Shown piece by piece: positions 62,455 through 64,000 of a DNA stretch of 64,000 nt. The stretch is from contig CBDDPY010000002.1 in the NCBI GenBank assembly GCA_965232515.1, forward strand, positions 224,001-288,000, read 5' to 3'. Origin of the DNA: Alphaproteobacteria bacterium. Its GTDB lineage: Bacteria; Pseudomonadota; Alphaproteobacteria; GCA-2731375. The stretch's first letter is position 1, and every line of letters begins with the position of its first letter. The notes beneath the pieces are model-generated. The model was not told the origin of the DNA, did no database searches, and saw nothing but the letters and a program-made list of their open reading frames with translations. Made by a program: the position numbers and the translations under genes.

Positions 62455-63657
62455 ATGTCGCAGAATAAAATTTCCCGCCGGAGCGTCCTGCACGGCGGCG
62501 TCGCCGCGGCGGCAATTCTGGCCAGTCCGGCCGTTCTTCGCGCCCAAAGCGGGCCGATCAAGCTGGGCGCGCTCAATCCGCTGACGGGCGTCGGCGGCAA
62601 CTACGGGCCGTCCATGCGCGCCGCGATCGCCGGCGTCGTCGACCAGGTCAACGCGGCCGGCGGCGTCCTCGGACGTCAGATCGAGCTTGCCTCGGGCGAT
62701 ACCCAGACCAATCCCGAGGCCGCGGTCCGCGCCGCGCGCAAGCTGATCGACGTCGATGGCGTCTCCGCCGTCCTCGGCACCTGGGCCTCGTCCATCACCA
62801 CGGCCGTCGCGCCGCTCTGCTGGGAGAGCAAGACCATGCTGTTCTGCGTCTCCGGCGCCGACAGCATCACCCAGCTGCCGCATCAGGGCTTCATCGCCCG
62901 CACCCAGCCCAACAGTAAGCTGCAGATCCGCGTCGCCGGCGACTTCATGGTCGGCGAGGGCATGTCGCGGGGCGTCTGGATCGGCCCGCAAACGCCGTTC
63001 GCCCAGAGCTCGATCGACATCCTCGACGAGATCATGAAAAAGGCCGGCCACGGCTACGAGAGCCTGATCTACGAGGCCGACAAGACGACCTACCGTTCCG
63101 AGGTCGATCAGATCCTGCGTCAGAAGCCCGACTTCCTGATGCTGGGCGGTTACGCCGCGGACAGCACCATTCTGCTGCGCGACCTGTTCCAGGCCGGCTA
63201 CGAGGGCAAGATCATCGGCCCGGCCTATGCCGTGAACGCGTCGCTGCTGAAGGCGCTGCCCGACGACGTGGTCGAAGGCATCTTCACCTGGGAAGGTTCG
63301 CCGGCGGTCGACTCCAGCGCTTACGCCAAGGTCAAGGCGATCCTCGGCGTCGACGAGGTCGATCCGTACTCGGCCCAGACCTACGATCACGCCAGCCTCG
63401 CCATCATGGCCATGGCTGCGGCCGGGAACAGCGCCGGCGACGCCATTCGCCAGAGCCTGCGCACGATCAGCCAGGGCGAGGGCGAGACCGTCGACAACGC
63501 CGTCGACGGCTTGAAGATCATCGCCGGCGGCGGCGCCGTGAACTATTCCGGCGCCAGCGGTCCGTGCGACTTCGACGAGATCGGCGACATCGTCGGCACC
63601 CAGTTCATCTTCAAGAAAATCTCCGGCGGCAAGCCAGGCGTTTACAAGCGCGCCTAG
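62455..63657 (+). CDS. Liv-type ABC substrate-binding protein with Tat-like signal
   Basis: SRRSVL twin-arginine leader, NAAGGVLGR, YSGASGPCDFD; AGGAGG RBS. Confidence 0.9.
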   Translation: MSQNKISRRSVLHGGVAAAAILASPAVLRAQSGPIKLGALNPLTGVGGNYGPSMRAAIAGVVDQVNAAGGVLGRQIELASGDTQTNPEAAVRAARKLIDVDGVSAVLGTWASSITTAVAPLCWESKTMLFCVSGADSITQLPHQGFIARTQPNSKLQIRVAGDFMVGEGMSRGVWIGPQTPFAQSSIDILDEIMKKAGHGYESLIYEADKTTYRSEVDQILRQKPDFLMLGGYAADSTILLRDLFQAGYEGKIIGPAYAVNASLLKALPDDVVEGIFTWEGSPAVDSSAYAKVKAILGVDEVDPYSAQTYDHASLAIMAMAAAGNSAGDAIRQSLRTISQGEGETVDNAVDGLKIIAGGGAVNYSGASGPCDFDEIGDIVGTQFIFKKISGGKPGVYKRA

Positions 63658-63672
63658 TCGTCTTTCGCTAAC

Positions 63673-63709
63673 CCGGCCCCGACGCCGCCATTTGGCGCAT
63701 CGGGGCCGG
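63673..63709 (+). other. GC stem-loop 3' of the binding-protein gene
   Basis: CCGGCCCCGA...TCGGGGCCGG stem between the SBP and permease genes. Confidence 0.55.
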
Positions 63710-63743
63710 CGCGGCTTCTGTTCAGGAAATTGGCGCGTCGCCC

Positions 63744-64000
63744 GTGCTGGATCTTCTGCCACAACTGCTGGTGAACGGCATCGTCAGCGGGACGCTGCTC
63801 GCCATCCCGGCGATTGGTTTCACCGCCATCTTCGCCGTGCTGCGGTTTCCCAACTTCGCCGTCGCCTCGCACGCGACCATCGGCGCCTTCGCCGGCTACG
63901 TTGCGAACGTGCATTTCGGCCTGCCGGCGTTCGTCGCCATCGTCTTCGCCTTCGCGGTCGCCGGCCTCGTCGGCATGGTCACCGACGAGATCGCGCTGAA
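63744..64000 (+). CDS. Liv-type ABC permease (LivH-like), truncated by the window end
   Basis: GTG start, QLLVNGIVSG..LA..AIGFT..F...RFPNFA; this frame is missing from the ORF track. Confidence 0.85.
   Translation, partial: MLDLLPQLLVNGIVSGTLLAIPAIGFTAIFAVLRFPNFAVASHATIGAFAGYVANVHFGLPAFVAIVFAFAVAGLVGMVTDEIAL

Overview
64 kb of GC-rich chromosomal DNA from an Alphaproteobacterium (Rhodospirillales-like gene content; inference). It is densely coding, with no rRNA, tRNA, CRISPR array, integrase or transposase that I can see. The main theme is nitrogen scavenging from ureides and heterocycles: the end of a urease operon (ureC-E-F-G) translationally coupled to a dihydropyrimidinase, an operon of diaminopropionate ammonia-lyase + M20 carbamoylase + D-carbamoylase, hydantoinase/oxoprolinase A/B with a TRAP transporter, and two ABC operons preceded by sigma54 promoters with tandem NtrC-like sites. 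Also present: aceA with a divergent ScfR/RamB regulator, an otsB-GH15-otsA-glk trehalose cluster, a tandem pair of phage-like 2OG-Fe(II) oxygenases, a Liv-type ABC operon with an embedded acyl-CoA ligase, a likely PlcP-Agt phosphate-starvation lipid-remodelling locus with Pho-box-like repeats and a divergent DAG-kinase-family gene, a complete suf operon followed by a DUF523/TudS gene, dusA, a short NH3-type nadE, a frameshifted AraC gene and two REP-like palindromic elements. The best candidates for undescribed biology are the putative albizziin/diureidopropionate catabolic module, the orphan oxygenase pair and the Pho-box switch between PlcP and the DAG kinase. All three are hypotheses from sequence reading only.
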